The translations under genes and the position numbers were made by a program. From positions 1 through 46,367 of the forward strand of contig JBIIIW010000003.1 in NCBI GenBank assembly GCA_044234345.1: a DNA stretch of 46,367 bases, in the 5' to 3' direction. How positions within the stretch are numbered: position 1 is the stretch's first letter; every line of letters begins with the position of its first letter. The notes beneath the pieces were generated by a model. The model searched no databases. It saw only the letters and a list, made by a program, of their open reading frames with translations, and was not told the DNA's origin. Below are positions 29,479 through 37,925 of the stretch, piece after piece. Source of the DNA: Minisyncoccia bacterium. GTDB lineage: Bacteria > Patescibacteriota > Minisyncoccia > Phycocordibacterales > PALSA-1337.

Positions 29479-32400
29479 TTACATATCCGCTATCGATCCT
29501 CGAGTTAGTGGACCGAAGAATCCTAATGCTGGTGCAATGCTATTAGCCTTTTGCCATTCAGCAAGTGCTGACACTGTGAGTTTGCCGAAATAGCTTGATA
29601 TTCCGTTACTCTTTAGAGCTAATGACGAAGGTCCTTTGTTCTGATCAATTAGGAATTGTTGAAGTATTGTAACATCAACACCCGTCATACCAAACTCAAG
29701 GTTTCGTTTGATTGATCTCACTGAGGTATTAACAGCAGATGTAGACATTGGTGTACTAGTTGATGTGCACTCCTTACTAATTATCTCGTTCATCTTCTTA
29801 AGACTTGTAGTAAACACATATCCGGTACCCCTTGAAAAACCCCACGGTGCAAGTATTTGCTTCGCGTATTTTTCCTGGAAGGCCACAACCGCCTCGGAGT
29901 CAGTCTTCGAGTATACTCCATCGACAGGCAGACTTGTTCCTTCATATGTATTTAGGAAGTTCTCTAATACCTTAACGTCATTCTGATTATTATCTTCATT
30001 TATTCCGATTGGTTTAGCGAACGATATTACACTACATGAATTCTGTAGTGATGATTGAGAATGTGTTGAAACCGACTTAGCTAAACCTTGAGGTATCTGA
30101 TTAACTCTTGGCTTAATACGTGAACCAGCAGATGATTGATTTCTGCCTGTAGTACTGAATGACCACTCTACTTCCTCTCCGATACTTACACCATCCATAC
30201 TCTCTGCGCTATTTAAGGTAATTGTGTATGTAGTGCCGTATTCTAATCTATTGTTATTAGTGAATGTAGCTAACCTACCATCATCAGACCATGAGACATT
30301 GTATGCTGGGCATGACTCACTGCATGGACCAATCGAGAGAATAGGTTCTACATTTGTGTCCATTGGAATAGAAAATCTAATTGTAATATCTGTATCAACA
30401 TCTATACCACTTGCACCATTTGATGGTGTATAACTTACAACTTCTGGTACATTGCCTGTCGATAGGAAGAACGGTTCTCTACCACTTGTTCCATTATTTG
30501 CTCTAAATATTATTCCCCCATTTATAGCAGTTAGGTATCTTGCTGATGATTCGCCTACACCAGGATTAATATCTCCCACCAGCACCGTACCTTCTTCTGT
30601 ACCATCAGACTTCCAGAGTTCATTACCATGCTCAAGATCAATTGCTGTGATATATAGGGTGTCGCCGATTACAGTGAAGCGGTTTGGAGTACCTGATTCA
30701 CCATCAAAAAAATCTTTTACCATTACAGTACCCTCTTCTGTACCATCAGACTTCCAGAGTTCAGCACCGTTTATACCGTCATTTGCACTAAAATACAAAG
30801 CATTATTAAAAACAACGAAATATGAAGGGAAGGAATCTCCAGTCTCATTTATATCCTTAACCATTACAGTACCCTCCTCTGTACCATCGGTCTTCCAGAA
30901 CTCAGATCCATTAACCCCATCATTGACTCTAAAATAAAGCTCACCATCATAAGGCTCGAAATCACTAGGATATGAGTCTCCTGCCACACTTATGTCCTTA
31001 ACCATTACAGTACCTTCCTCTGTGCCGTCTGATTTCCAGAGCTCAACACCATTTACTCCATCTGTAGCACGGAAATACACATTACCGTTGAAAACATAGA
31101 GCTCGGCTAATCCGGACGAATTACCCACACCTTCATAAATATCTTTAACCATTACAGTACCTTCCTCTGTACCATCAGACTTCCACAACTCCTCACCAAA
31201 CTCTCCACTGATAGATTTAAAGTATAGTGTGCTACCAATCGAGACAAATTCTCCTGAATATGAGTCACTACCAACATTAATATCTTTTATTAGTACAGTA
31301 CCCTCCTCTGTACCGTCAGACTTCCAGAGTTCGTAGCCATTAACACCATCATCGGCTGAAAAGTATATTACATTACCAATATTAAGTATTGGACCAGGAT
31401 TAGAGTTTCCGCCCTCATAAATGTCTTTAACCATCACCGTACCTTCCTCTGTACCATCGGTCTTCCAGAGTTCAACACCGTTTACTCCATCATTTGCTTG
31501 AAAGTATATAATATCATTCATTACAACAAATTCGCCTGGTGATGCTCCGCCTCCATTTCCAATATTTTTAACCATCACTGTTCCTTCCTCTGTTCCGTCT
31601 GATACCCATAGTTGATCGAAATTAATTCCATCGTTAGCAGAAAAATATGCCTTACCTCCTAATACTATGAAACCAGAGATATCAGCACCATCATCACCGA
31701 CTACTGGCTGTAGATTAATTGTACCCTCCTCTGTACCATCAGTTTTCCATAATGACGCATAGTATCCTTCTCCTGTTTCGTCTGCTCCAAAATACAAGCC
31801 ACCAGCCGTAGGTGTTAACTGATTAATAAAAGAATCGGAGCCATCTGATGCTACATCCTTAACTAATACAGTACCTTCCTCTGTACCATCAGACTTCCAA
31901 AGCTCGTCGCCCAAAACATCGTTATCATCAGCAACAAAATATAGTTCATCATTGAATATATGAAAGGATGAAGGATGTGAAGGATCAACTCCACTTGAAA
32001 TATCTATAACCATTACAGTACCAACTTCGGTACCATCTGATTTCCAGAGTTCGTAGCCAGTCAATCCATCATCGGCTGAGAAATATATAGTTCCATCAAT
32101 AACAGTTATATTTGCAGGATGCGAGTCCCCGCCTTCGTTAATATCCTTAACCATTACAGTACCAACTTCGGTACCATCAGACTTCCAGAGTTCAATACCA
32201 TTTACTCCATCAGTTGCTTGGAAGTACACTGTGTTACCAAAAGCCTCTAGTTCGCTTGGATTTGAACTATCTATAATTGCAATATCCTTAACCATTACAG
32301 TACCAACTTCGGTACCATCTGATTTCCAGAGTTCGTAGCCAGTCAATCCATCAGTTGCTTCGAAGTACAGAAAATCACCAGCAATCACTAAACCTCCTGG

Positions 32401-33138
32401 ATACGAGTCCCCGTCTTCGTTAATATCCTTAACCATCACAGTACCAACTTCGGTACCATCAGTCTTCCACAATTCACTACCATTTACACCATCATCGGCT
32501 TCAAAGTATATACTACCTTCAAAAAGTATTAGTCCTATAGGGTTCGAACTGCCCGCTTCAGTCTCATTGATATCTTTTATCATTACCGTACCCTCTTCTG
32601 TACCATCAGACTTCCACAACTCTGTACCATTTATTCCATCGTTTGCTCTAAAGTACAACACACCGTTAATATCTTTTAGTCTATTTGGTAAGGAATTTCC
32701 AGTCTCATTTATATCCTTAACCATTACAGTACCCTCTTCTGTACCATCGGTCTTCCACAACTCTGTACCATTTATTCCATCATCAGCTGTAAAATACACC
32801 ACGCCACCGACGTAAGTAAGGCGTCCAGCGCCTGAGCCACTACTCCCTTCATTAATATCTTTCAGAAGGACTGTTCCTTCCACCGTACCGTCAGACTTCC
32901 ACAATTCCCTTCCATAATCCTCATTCGCATAGGTTACTATCACACCTCCAGGATAATAAACGATATCATTAATTTCTGATTCTTGAGTTGGTGAAGCTGG
33001 TACTTCGTTTATATTCTTAATCAAGACCGGAGTTTGACCGTAAGCAAATATGGTTGGAAAAAAGGTAAAAACGAAAATTAAGACTGTAAATGATTTCGAA
33101 ATATTTCTTAAGACTGAAACTACTTTAGTATAATTCAT
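29479..33138 (-). CDS. ELWxxDGT-repeat surface protein with Ig-like and peptidoglycan-binding-like C-terminal domains
   Basis: Signal peptide; 17 (E)LWK(S/T)DGT..GT.MVKDI units plus one degenerate unit; PSNGASGIDVDTDITIRFS.PMD (Ig-like); two DV..L..FL...G.(Y/F)...(FQ/WQ) modules. Confidence 0.93.
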   Translation of the reverse strand: MNYTKVVSVLRNISKSFTVLIFVFTFFPTIFAYGQTPVLIKNINEVPASPTQESEINDIVYYPGGVIVTYANEDYGRELWKSDGTVEGTVLLKDINEGSSGSGAGRLTYVGGVVYFTADDGINGTELWKTDGTEEGTVMVKDINETGNSLPNRLKDINGVLYFRANDGINGTELWKSDGTEEGTVMIKDINETEAGSSNPIGLILFEGSIYFEADDGVNGSELWKTDGTEVGTVMVKDINEDGDSYPGGLVIAGDFLYFEATDGLTGYELWKSDGTEVGTVMVKDIAIIDSSNPSELEAFGNTVYFQATDGVNGIELWKSDGTEVGTVMVKDINEGGDSHPANITVIDGTIYFSADDGLTGYELWKSDGTEVGTVMVIDISSGVDPSHPSSFHIFNDELYFVADDNDVLGDELWKSDGTEEGTVLVKDVASDGSDSFINQLTPTAGGLYFGADETGEGYYASLWKTDGTEEGTINLQPVVGDDGADISGFIVLGGKAYFSANDGINFDQLWVSDGTEEGTVMVKNIGNGGGASPGEFVVMNDIIYFQANDGVNGVELWKTDGTEEGTVMVKDIYEGGNSNPGPILNIGNVIYFSADDGVNGYELWKSDGTEEGTVLIKDINVGSDSYSGEFVSIGSTLYFKSISGEFGEELWKSDGTEEGTVMVKDIYEGVGNSSGLAELYVFNGNVYFRATDGVNGVELWKSDGTEEGTVMVKDISVAGDSYPSDFEPYDGELYFRVNDGVNGSEFWKTDGTEEGTVMVKDINETGDSFPSYFVVFNNALYFSANDGINGAELWKSDGTEEGTVMVKDFFDGESGTPNRFTVIGDTLYITAIDLEHGNELWKSDGTEEGTVLVGDINPGVGESSARYLTAINGGIIFRANNGTSGREPFFLSTGNVPEVVSYTPSNGASGIDVDTDITIRFSIPMDTNVEPILSIGPCSESCPAYNVSWSDDGRLATFTNNNRLEYGTTYTITLNSAESMDGVSIGEEVEWSFSTTGRNQSSAGSRIKPRVNQIPQGLAKSVSTHSQSSLQNSCSVISFAKPIGINEDNNQNDVKVLENFLNTYEGTSLPVDGVYSKTDSEAVVAFQEKYAKQILAPWGFSRGTGYVFTTSLKKMNEIISKECTSTSTPMSTSAVNTSVRSIKRNLEFGMTGVDVTILQQFLIDQNKGPSSLALKSNGISSYFGKLTVSALAEWQKANSIAPALGFFGPLTRGSIADM

Positions 33139-33210
33139 TTTGAAAGTACCATAATATTACACCAGAATGCAAAATATGAATACATATAAACTGGGGGTAT
33201 TTATTTCTTA

Positions 33211-33435
33211 CTATTGAGTTCTTACATATACCTTATCATAGCTCACGTATGATAGCGCTAGGATGATTAAAAATACTACAGGGAACAAAACTACTAGACT
33301 AAATCCATCTACTATCCACATACTTGCTGTAGCAGAGATGAAATCGATACCGAATCCAGCATATGCCCACTCCTTTATTCTTCTAGGTACCCTAGGCAAT
33401 ATTAGAGTAAATCCTCCTAATACTTTAAAGACAGA
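33211..33435 (-). pseudogene. C-terminal half of a DoxX-like membrane protein
   Basis: VFKVLGG..LILP.VP.RIKEWAYAGF..DF; N-terminal half absent, upstream sequence belongs to the YdeI-like gene. Confidence 0.7.
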
Positions 33436-33688
33436 GATGCTGACATCCTGACCAACAACAAGGCCTGCGTTTACCATTAAACAACTCTTCTTGTAATCTT
33501 GCTATATGCTTAATACGAGTTTCTTGTTTTTTCACAGTAACTGTCCAGCAAATCCATTCATTTCTTGCGAGTGGAGTGAGTGAGTTCCAGATTTGTAACA
33601 ACCTACCGTCGGAAGACAAGATTTCTTGCAAATCCTTTGGAGTTTTATGTGTAGTACCGTGTTTTATTGTATTTGATTTGTTGTCCAT
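33425..33688 (-). CDS. YdeI/OmpD-associated family protein
   Basis: P.DL...L......W.SLTPLARNEWICW....KK.ETR......GKRRPCCW.GC.H. Confidence 0.85.
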   Translation of the reverse strand: MDNKSNTIKHGTTHKTPKDLQEILSSDGRLLQIWNSLTPLARNEWICWTVTVKKQETRIKHIARLQEELFNGKRRPCCWSGCQHLCL

Positions 33689-33689
33689 A

Positions 33690-33801
33690 TTATTTCTTTG
33701 TCATTTTTCACCACATATACTTTTCTACCACTCCTATAGTTACCATATATTATCCATTGCTCTGTATCTGTAAATTGATCTGATACCTTCTTGAATATCT
33801 T
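33690..33801 (-). pseudogene. Possible remnant of a FlaR/adenylate-kinase-like gene
   Basis: Startless frame KIFKKVSDQFTDTEQWIIYGNYRSGRKVYVVKNDKEI resembles the WIIDGNY motif joined to a family-like C terminus. Confidence 0.4.
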
Positions 33802-33822
33802 TCAGTCTATTCTGCGGTCCTA

Positions 33823-34323
33823 TTACTCGTTTAGCATCTTTGCCTTCATCTCCAACGCTCTTTTTGTAATATGATCACCAATCTCTCCCCAGTTAAAATA
33901 TTGCCTATTAAAATCCTTTGCACCTATCAGCCTTATCTCCGTTATATCCCCCTCATCTGGATCTTCAACAAAATCTCCATATGGTTCTACTATACATACA
34001 AACCTGACTTGTGTAGAGATATTACCAGGTTCGTAAACATCTTGATACCCAACAAATCTCCATTTCAATACTTTCATATTTGTCTCCTCTCTTACCTCTC
34101 TAATCATTGCATCTATGCAATTCTCTCCATCTTCTACACCTCCACCTGGCGGCGTCCAGATATCTTTCTTTTTAGCATATACTATTACAATTTTGTCTCC
34201 GCAAAAACACCAAGCATGAACAGCTGAAACCTTTCTATTCTCTAATTCATCTATACTATCTATATCTCTATATACGAGATCGTGGTTTTTGCCTCTCCAA
34301 GAGATTGTAGATTTGATTTCCAT
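33823..34323 (-). CDS. NUDIX hydrolase
   Basis: PGGGVEDGE...DAMIREVREETN. Confidence 0.92.
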   Translation of the reverse strand: MEIKSTISWRGKNHDLVYRDIDSIDELENRKVSAVHAWCFCGDKIVIVYAKKKDIWTPPGGGVEDGENCIDAMIREVREETNMKVLKWRFVGYQDVYEPGNISTQVRFVCIVEPYGDFVEDPDEGDITEIRLIGAKDFNRQYFNWGEIGDHITKRALEMKAKMLNE

Positions 34324-34326
34324 TGA

Positions 34327-34872
34327 TTAGTTGGTAAATTTGAAAGTTGAGAATATCTTCTCTATATCTATCGCAATTTGTGAACCAGCCTTATCTGATA
34401 TACGCAAGACAATCATATAACAAGTATCACCTTTAAATTTGTAGTATCGTTCCTCGGTTATTATTTTTGTAGGACTAGACGAATCTTCTTTATACAAAAG
34501 ACGATATTCGTTTCCATATTTGGTGACAGTCCCTTCTTTTATAGAATTTTTAGCACTGCTGTACGGATTACTTTTACAAAAATCTTCTTCTGGGTGTGTG
34601 GTTACATCAAATGTATTCATCCAATCACTCGTCAAAACGACGGTTGTATCTGTTACTACAGAATTTGTTTCCTCAATTTTTCCATAAGTTGGGTAACTGA
34701 ATTCATACATATTATTTCTTGTGTATATCTTCCAATCTGATGTTGGTGTAGTTTGGTTTAGATACTGTTCCCCATGGCAACAATCGAAAGGTTTTATTGA
34801 ACTGTAGATGTAATAAACAGCCCCAGTTATCACCACGGCTATTATAATTAGCCAAATTAATTTTTTATTCAT
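34327..34872 (-). CDS. Membrane-anchored extracellular protein (PsbP-related-like)
   Basis: N-terminal TM, DWKIYT...YEFSYP, C-terminal IFSTFKF. Confidence 0.75.
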   Translation of the reverse strand: MNKKLIWLIIIAVVITGAVYYIYSSIKPFDCCHGEQYLNQTTPTSDWKIYTRNNMYEFSYPTYGKIEETNSVVTDTTVVLTSDWMNTFDVTTHPEEDFCKSNPYSSAKNSIKEGTVTKYGNEYRLLYKEDSSSPTKIITEERYYKFKGDTCYMIVLRISDKAGSQIAIDIEKIFSTFKFTN

Positions 34873-34993
34873 AATTATAGTAAGTATACTACCAACTATG
34901 GTTTTATATACAATTAATTATTTTGAGAACATCCTGTAGAGCTACAGGCTATGTGATAAGAAGTTGTAACCATTATGAAAAATGTATTTAAAT

Positions 34994-35029
34994 AAAAAAA
35001 AGATCTGCAACTTTCGAAGCAAATCTTTT
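34994..35029 (-). terminator. Intrinsic terminator
   Basis: AAAAGATTTGC...GCAGATCTTTTTTTT just after the 35043 stop. Confidence 0.75.
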
Positions 35030-35042
35030 GAGTAGAAATATT

Positions 35043-35555
35043 CTAATCAATCTGGTAAACAGATAACTCAGGTCCACGTTCGCGTGGTCTCCCGTTAACA
35101 CAAGTTGTATCGAACTCTTTCCAATTATGTTCTAGAAAATCTGATCGAAGACTTTCTACGAGCCTCCGTCTTTCTTCACACCATAATTCTATCTGTGCTT
35201 TAAGAGGGAGTGCACGCTCATCCGAGGAACACTCATTTTCTTGCCAGTTATCAAAGGCAAGCCAGTAATCGTCAACAATGATCATGAAAGGGATTTGTCT
35301 GCCGTCTTTCTCAAAAACACCTGACATAGAAACCTCGAGGCTACTTCCATGGTCTTCGGTTGTAATAGGATCATAATCCATATCATAGATTTGACCCCTA
35401 ACCAGCAAGAAAGGCATGGATATTTCCTTTACGAACCTGAAGCATTTAACACGCAGGTGGTCTGGTACGAGATCACTAGTTCCACTTTCTCTCCTTTTAC
35501 GTAGAACAGAGGTGGGAGGAACTTGTAATACATCGTAATACAATTTAATTTTCAT
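35043..35555 (-). CDS. Orphan hypothetical protein
   Basis: 170-aa ORF with its own terminator and a structured upstream region; no family recognised. Confidence 0.65.
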   Translation of the reverse strand: MKIKLYYDVLQVPPTSVLRKRRESGTSDLVPDHLRVKCFRFVKEISMPFLLVRGQIYDMDYDPITTEDHGSSLEVSMSGVFEKDGRQIPFMIIVDDYWLAFDNWQENECSSDERALPLKAQIELWCEERRRLVESLRSDFLEHNWKEFDTTCVNGRPRERGPELSVYQID

Positions 35556-35563
35556 AGTTCATT

Positions 35564-35661
35564 TACTTCATTCACTTAACTCCGTACTATCGGTACGCCT
35601 TTTTGAGGCCGCTTGATGCGGTAAGAAAATGCCACTCTCGCAAATTCATGTGAATAAAATA
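35564..35661 (-). ncRNA. Candidate structured leader RNA (multibranch)
   Basis: 12-bp closing stem with 2 G-U pairs, weak GAGA-capped hairpin, three directly abutting hairpins with 5-nt loops. Confidence 0.5.
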
Positions 35662-35713
35662 CTATATATATTTATAACACAGATTTTAAATAAGGGCAAA
35701 TTAGTTAACCTAG

Positions 35714-35784
35714 CTGCCGGACTTGGAATCGAACCAAAATTTTCGCTTTCAGAGAGCGACGTACTACCTTTATACGATCCGGCA
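35714..35784 (-). tRNA. tRNA-Gln (anticodon CTG)
   Basis: TGCCGGA/TCCGGCA acceptor stem, TCGCT-CTCTGAA-AGCGA anticodon arm, GGTTCGATTCC T arm; CCA not encoded. Confidence 0.96.
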
Positions 35785-35792
35785 ATGGGTAA

Positions 35793-35821
35793 ACAATACT
35801 GTAAAATCGGCTTTTTTTCAA
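35793..35821 (-). promoter_or_regulatory. tRNA promoter
   Basis: TTGAAA-17 bp-TATTGT, 8 nt before the tRNA. Confidence 0.65.
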
Positions 35822-35823
35822 GC

Positions 35824-35859
35824 AAAAACCGTCTTGTGCGTATGTAATACACGAGACGG
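35824..35859 (-). terminator. Terminator-like hairpin upstream of the tRNA promoter
   Basis: CCGTCTCGTG...CACAAGACGG (one mismatch) followed by TTTTT. Confidence 0.6.
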
Positions 35860-36104
35860 CCATCTGAACACAAGATACTATTTCTTTAAGGGAAGAATGT
35901 GTATCTATAATCGAATTGAGGTAGAGGATACCGGATATTGGGTTCAGGAGTTAAAGATAGTAACAAATGATATGTATATTGCAACATAAATACTGTGGGT
36001 ATATAATATCTATGTGTGAGTACTGTAAAGCTTGACTTAGTTGTTGGTACTTCCAAAATAAAATGTCTACATAAGGTCCTGCCTCGGCAGGATTTTGTGT
36101 ATAT

Positions 36105-36131
36105 AAAAAGGGCTCTGCAAATGCAGAGCCC
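36105..36131 (-). terminator. Intrinsic terminator
   Basis: GGGCTCTGCA-TT-TGCAGAGCCC-TTTTT. Confidence 0.85.
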
Positions 36132-36142
36132 GTGTTTGGGAG

Positions 36143-36685
36143 CTACTTCTCCCCAACCCTATCCCAAGGGAAGAAGACAACCCTTTCCCGTCTCGAAACA
36201 TCGTCGATGAGCCTGCCGATATTCCTACCGGGATAGACAGTGTGGATAATCACGACCACCTCATGAGGATTGTAATTAAACTTGATACTTAGCGACACAG
36301 CCAAATGATTGGTCCTGGGTGCGGTGAAGAGATCCCCAACCATCAAGCCAGTTGCTCTTCCGTTAATCTTAAACGGGCTAAGATCGCGAGGATCATACCT
36401 GCCCAAATCGTCGGTGCTCGACCATCCGACAAACTGCTTCATGTCGAGGGTCGCCAACAAATTGTAAGTCCTATTGTGAATTGCGTTCTCGACCTCTCCG
36501 ACAATAAGTGAGGAAACCCTATTGTCGTTGAAGAGTTCACTTGCGCTACCCCAATCAAAGAAATTACCTGCAAGGCGCCTTCCTCTCCCTCGGAAACACG
36601 TAGTCATCAACCTCTGCTCGTTGTTACGAGACATGATGATAATAACCGGCCTTCCATCAATAAAACAATTGGTAAACACATTCAT
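36143..36685 (-). CDS. Orphan hypothetical protein
   Basis: 180-aa ORF bracketed by a consensus-like promoter and a terminator. Confidence 0.75.
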   Translation of the reverse strand: MNVFTNCFIDGRPVIIIMSRNNEQRLMTTCFRGRGRRLAGNFFDWGSASELFNDNRVSSLIVGEVENAIHNRTYNLLATLDMKQFVGWSSTDDLGRYDPRDLSPFKINGRATGLMVGDLFTAPRTNHLAVSLSIKFNYNPHEVVVIIHTVYPGRNIGRLIDDVSRRERVVFFPWDRVGEK

Positions 36686-36727
36686 ATCTCAAAAAACTAA
36701 TTCCTCGTTCTAAATGAACGTTTAGGT

Positions 36728-36756
36728 ACAATATAACTAATATATCATTATGTCAA
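36728..36756 (-). promoter_or_regulatory. sigma70 promoter
   Basis: TTGACA-17 bp-TATTGT. Confidence 0.7.
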
Positions 36757-36787
36757 CTGTATATATTTGTACTAACCATTGACTTAT

Positions 36788-36897
36788 TGATATAATAGAC
36801 ATATTGTTCCAAGCGTTGACGACCGGCTGTACTCACATCTTAATTTAGACATTATATTTGGAGCTAACACCCGTTCGTCAACATTTGGAGTAATATG
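36788..36897 (+). promoter_or_regulatory. murB promoter (TGa-TATAAT) and long hairpin leader covering the SD and AUG
   Basis: 36800-36830 pairs without gaps to 36867-36897: 25 Watson-Crick, 3 G-U, 3 mismatches. Confidence 0.7.
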
Positions 36898-37914
36898 ACA
36901 ATAAAAGAAAAAATATCTTTAAAAGAATTCACTACATTCAGGATTGGAGGTCCTGCACGGTATTTTTGTGTAGTTACAAATGAAGATGAGCTAATCGAAG
37001 CAATTGGTTTTTCTAAGAAGAACAAAATTCCTTTTTTCATACTAGGTGGAGGTTCAAATATTTTAGTATCAGATGCTGGGTTTAATGGAATTGTTATCAA
37101 GATGGAGATGAAGGGTAAGAAGTATGAGGAGAATGGTAATGAGGTTTATGCTACTGCATTTGCTGGAGAGAATTGGGATAATTTCGTATCTGAAACTGTA
37201 GATATGGGATTACATGGCATTGAGAACCTATCTTGGATTCCTGGAACTGTGGGTGGTGCTCCGGTTCAAAACATTGGTGCATATGGTAGTGAAGCTAAAG
37301 ATACAATACATACTGTACATGTACTTGATGTTGTTAAGGATGAATACATTGATCTAAAGAACGATGATTGTAAGTTTGGATACAGAGACAGTATCTTTAA
37401 GCAGGATCCAGGTAGATATGTAGTGCTATCTACAACATTTCTTCTTAAGAAGAAAGCTGGGTTGAATACAAACTACAAAGATCTTAAAGAATATTTTGAT
37501 TTCAAGAAGATTACTGAACCTACTCTTAAGCAAGTTCGTGAAGCTGTTATAGAGATACGCAAGAGAAAGCTTCCTGATATTAAGGAATATGGTACTGCTG
37601 GTTCATTCTTCAAGAATGTGGTTGTGTCTGCTCTTAAGGCTAAGGAGCTTACTGACATGTATCCTGAAATGATAGTTCACCCAGTAAATGACAAGAGGGT
37701 TAAGATCCCTACTGCATGGATATTGGATAACTTATGTGGTTTTAGAGGTGTAAAGAAAGGTAATGTAGGTACGTACAAGAACCAAGCTTTGGTGCTTGTA
37801 AACTTTGGTGATGCTACAGCGGCGGAGATAATTGGTTTGGCTCAAAAGATGGTGGATGGGGTGTATGAGAAGACTGGAATTGAAATTGAACCTGAGGTGG
37901 AATATGTGGTATAG
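36895..37914 (+). CDS. murB: UDP-N-acetylenolpyruvoylglucosamine reductase
   Basis: TTFRIGGPA, LGGGSNIL, IPGTVGGAPVQNIGAYG, FGYRDSIFK, AGSFFKN, EPEV. Confidence 0.97.
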   Translation: MTIKEKISLKEFTTFRIGGPARYFCVVTNEDELIEAIGFSKKNKIPFFILGGGSNILVSDAGFNGIVIKMEMKGKKYEENGNEVYATAFAGENWDNFVSETVDMGLHGIENLSWIPGTVGGAPVQNIGAYGSEAKDTIHTVHVLDVVKDEYIDLKNDDCKFGYRDSIFKQDPGRYVVLSTTFLLKKKAGLNTNYKDLKEYFDFKKITEPTLKQVREAVIEIRKRKLPDIKEYGTAGSFFKNVVVSALKAKELTDMYPEMIVHPVNDKRVKIPTAWILDNLCGFRGVKKGNVGTYKNQALVLVNFGDATAAEIIGLAQKMVDGVYEKTGIEIEPEVEYVV

Positions 37915-37925
37915 TAGACCGACAT

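Noticed and set aside
30830-32763. Near-identical repeat pair as a diversity-generating retroelement TR/VR
   Set aside because: Only three differences, one not at an adenine; both copies are internal coding units; no reverse transcriptase in the window
30450-32960. Regular ~141-bp repeats resembling a CRISPR array
   Set aside because: In-frame protein repeats with synonymous variation; no cas genes
35714-35740. tRNA 3' end as an integration site
   Set aside because: No duplicated tRNA end and no integrase found in the window
36012-36035. Tiny ORF MCEYCKA after TATAAT
   Set aside because: Seven codons, box only 4 nt from the ATG; compatible with chance
36811-36840. Resemblance of the murB leader (AGCG, TTGACGA, CCGGCTG) to the glmS ribozyme, or to SRP RNA
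   Set aside because: The glmS core elements (AGCGCC, GACGAGG, ATCGA/GGCGG) and the SRP GGAA-loop motif are absent
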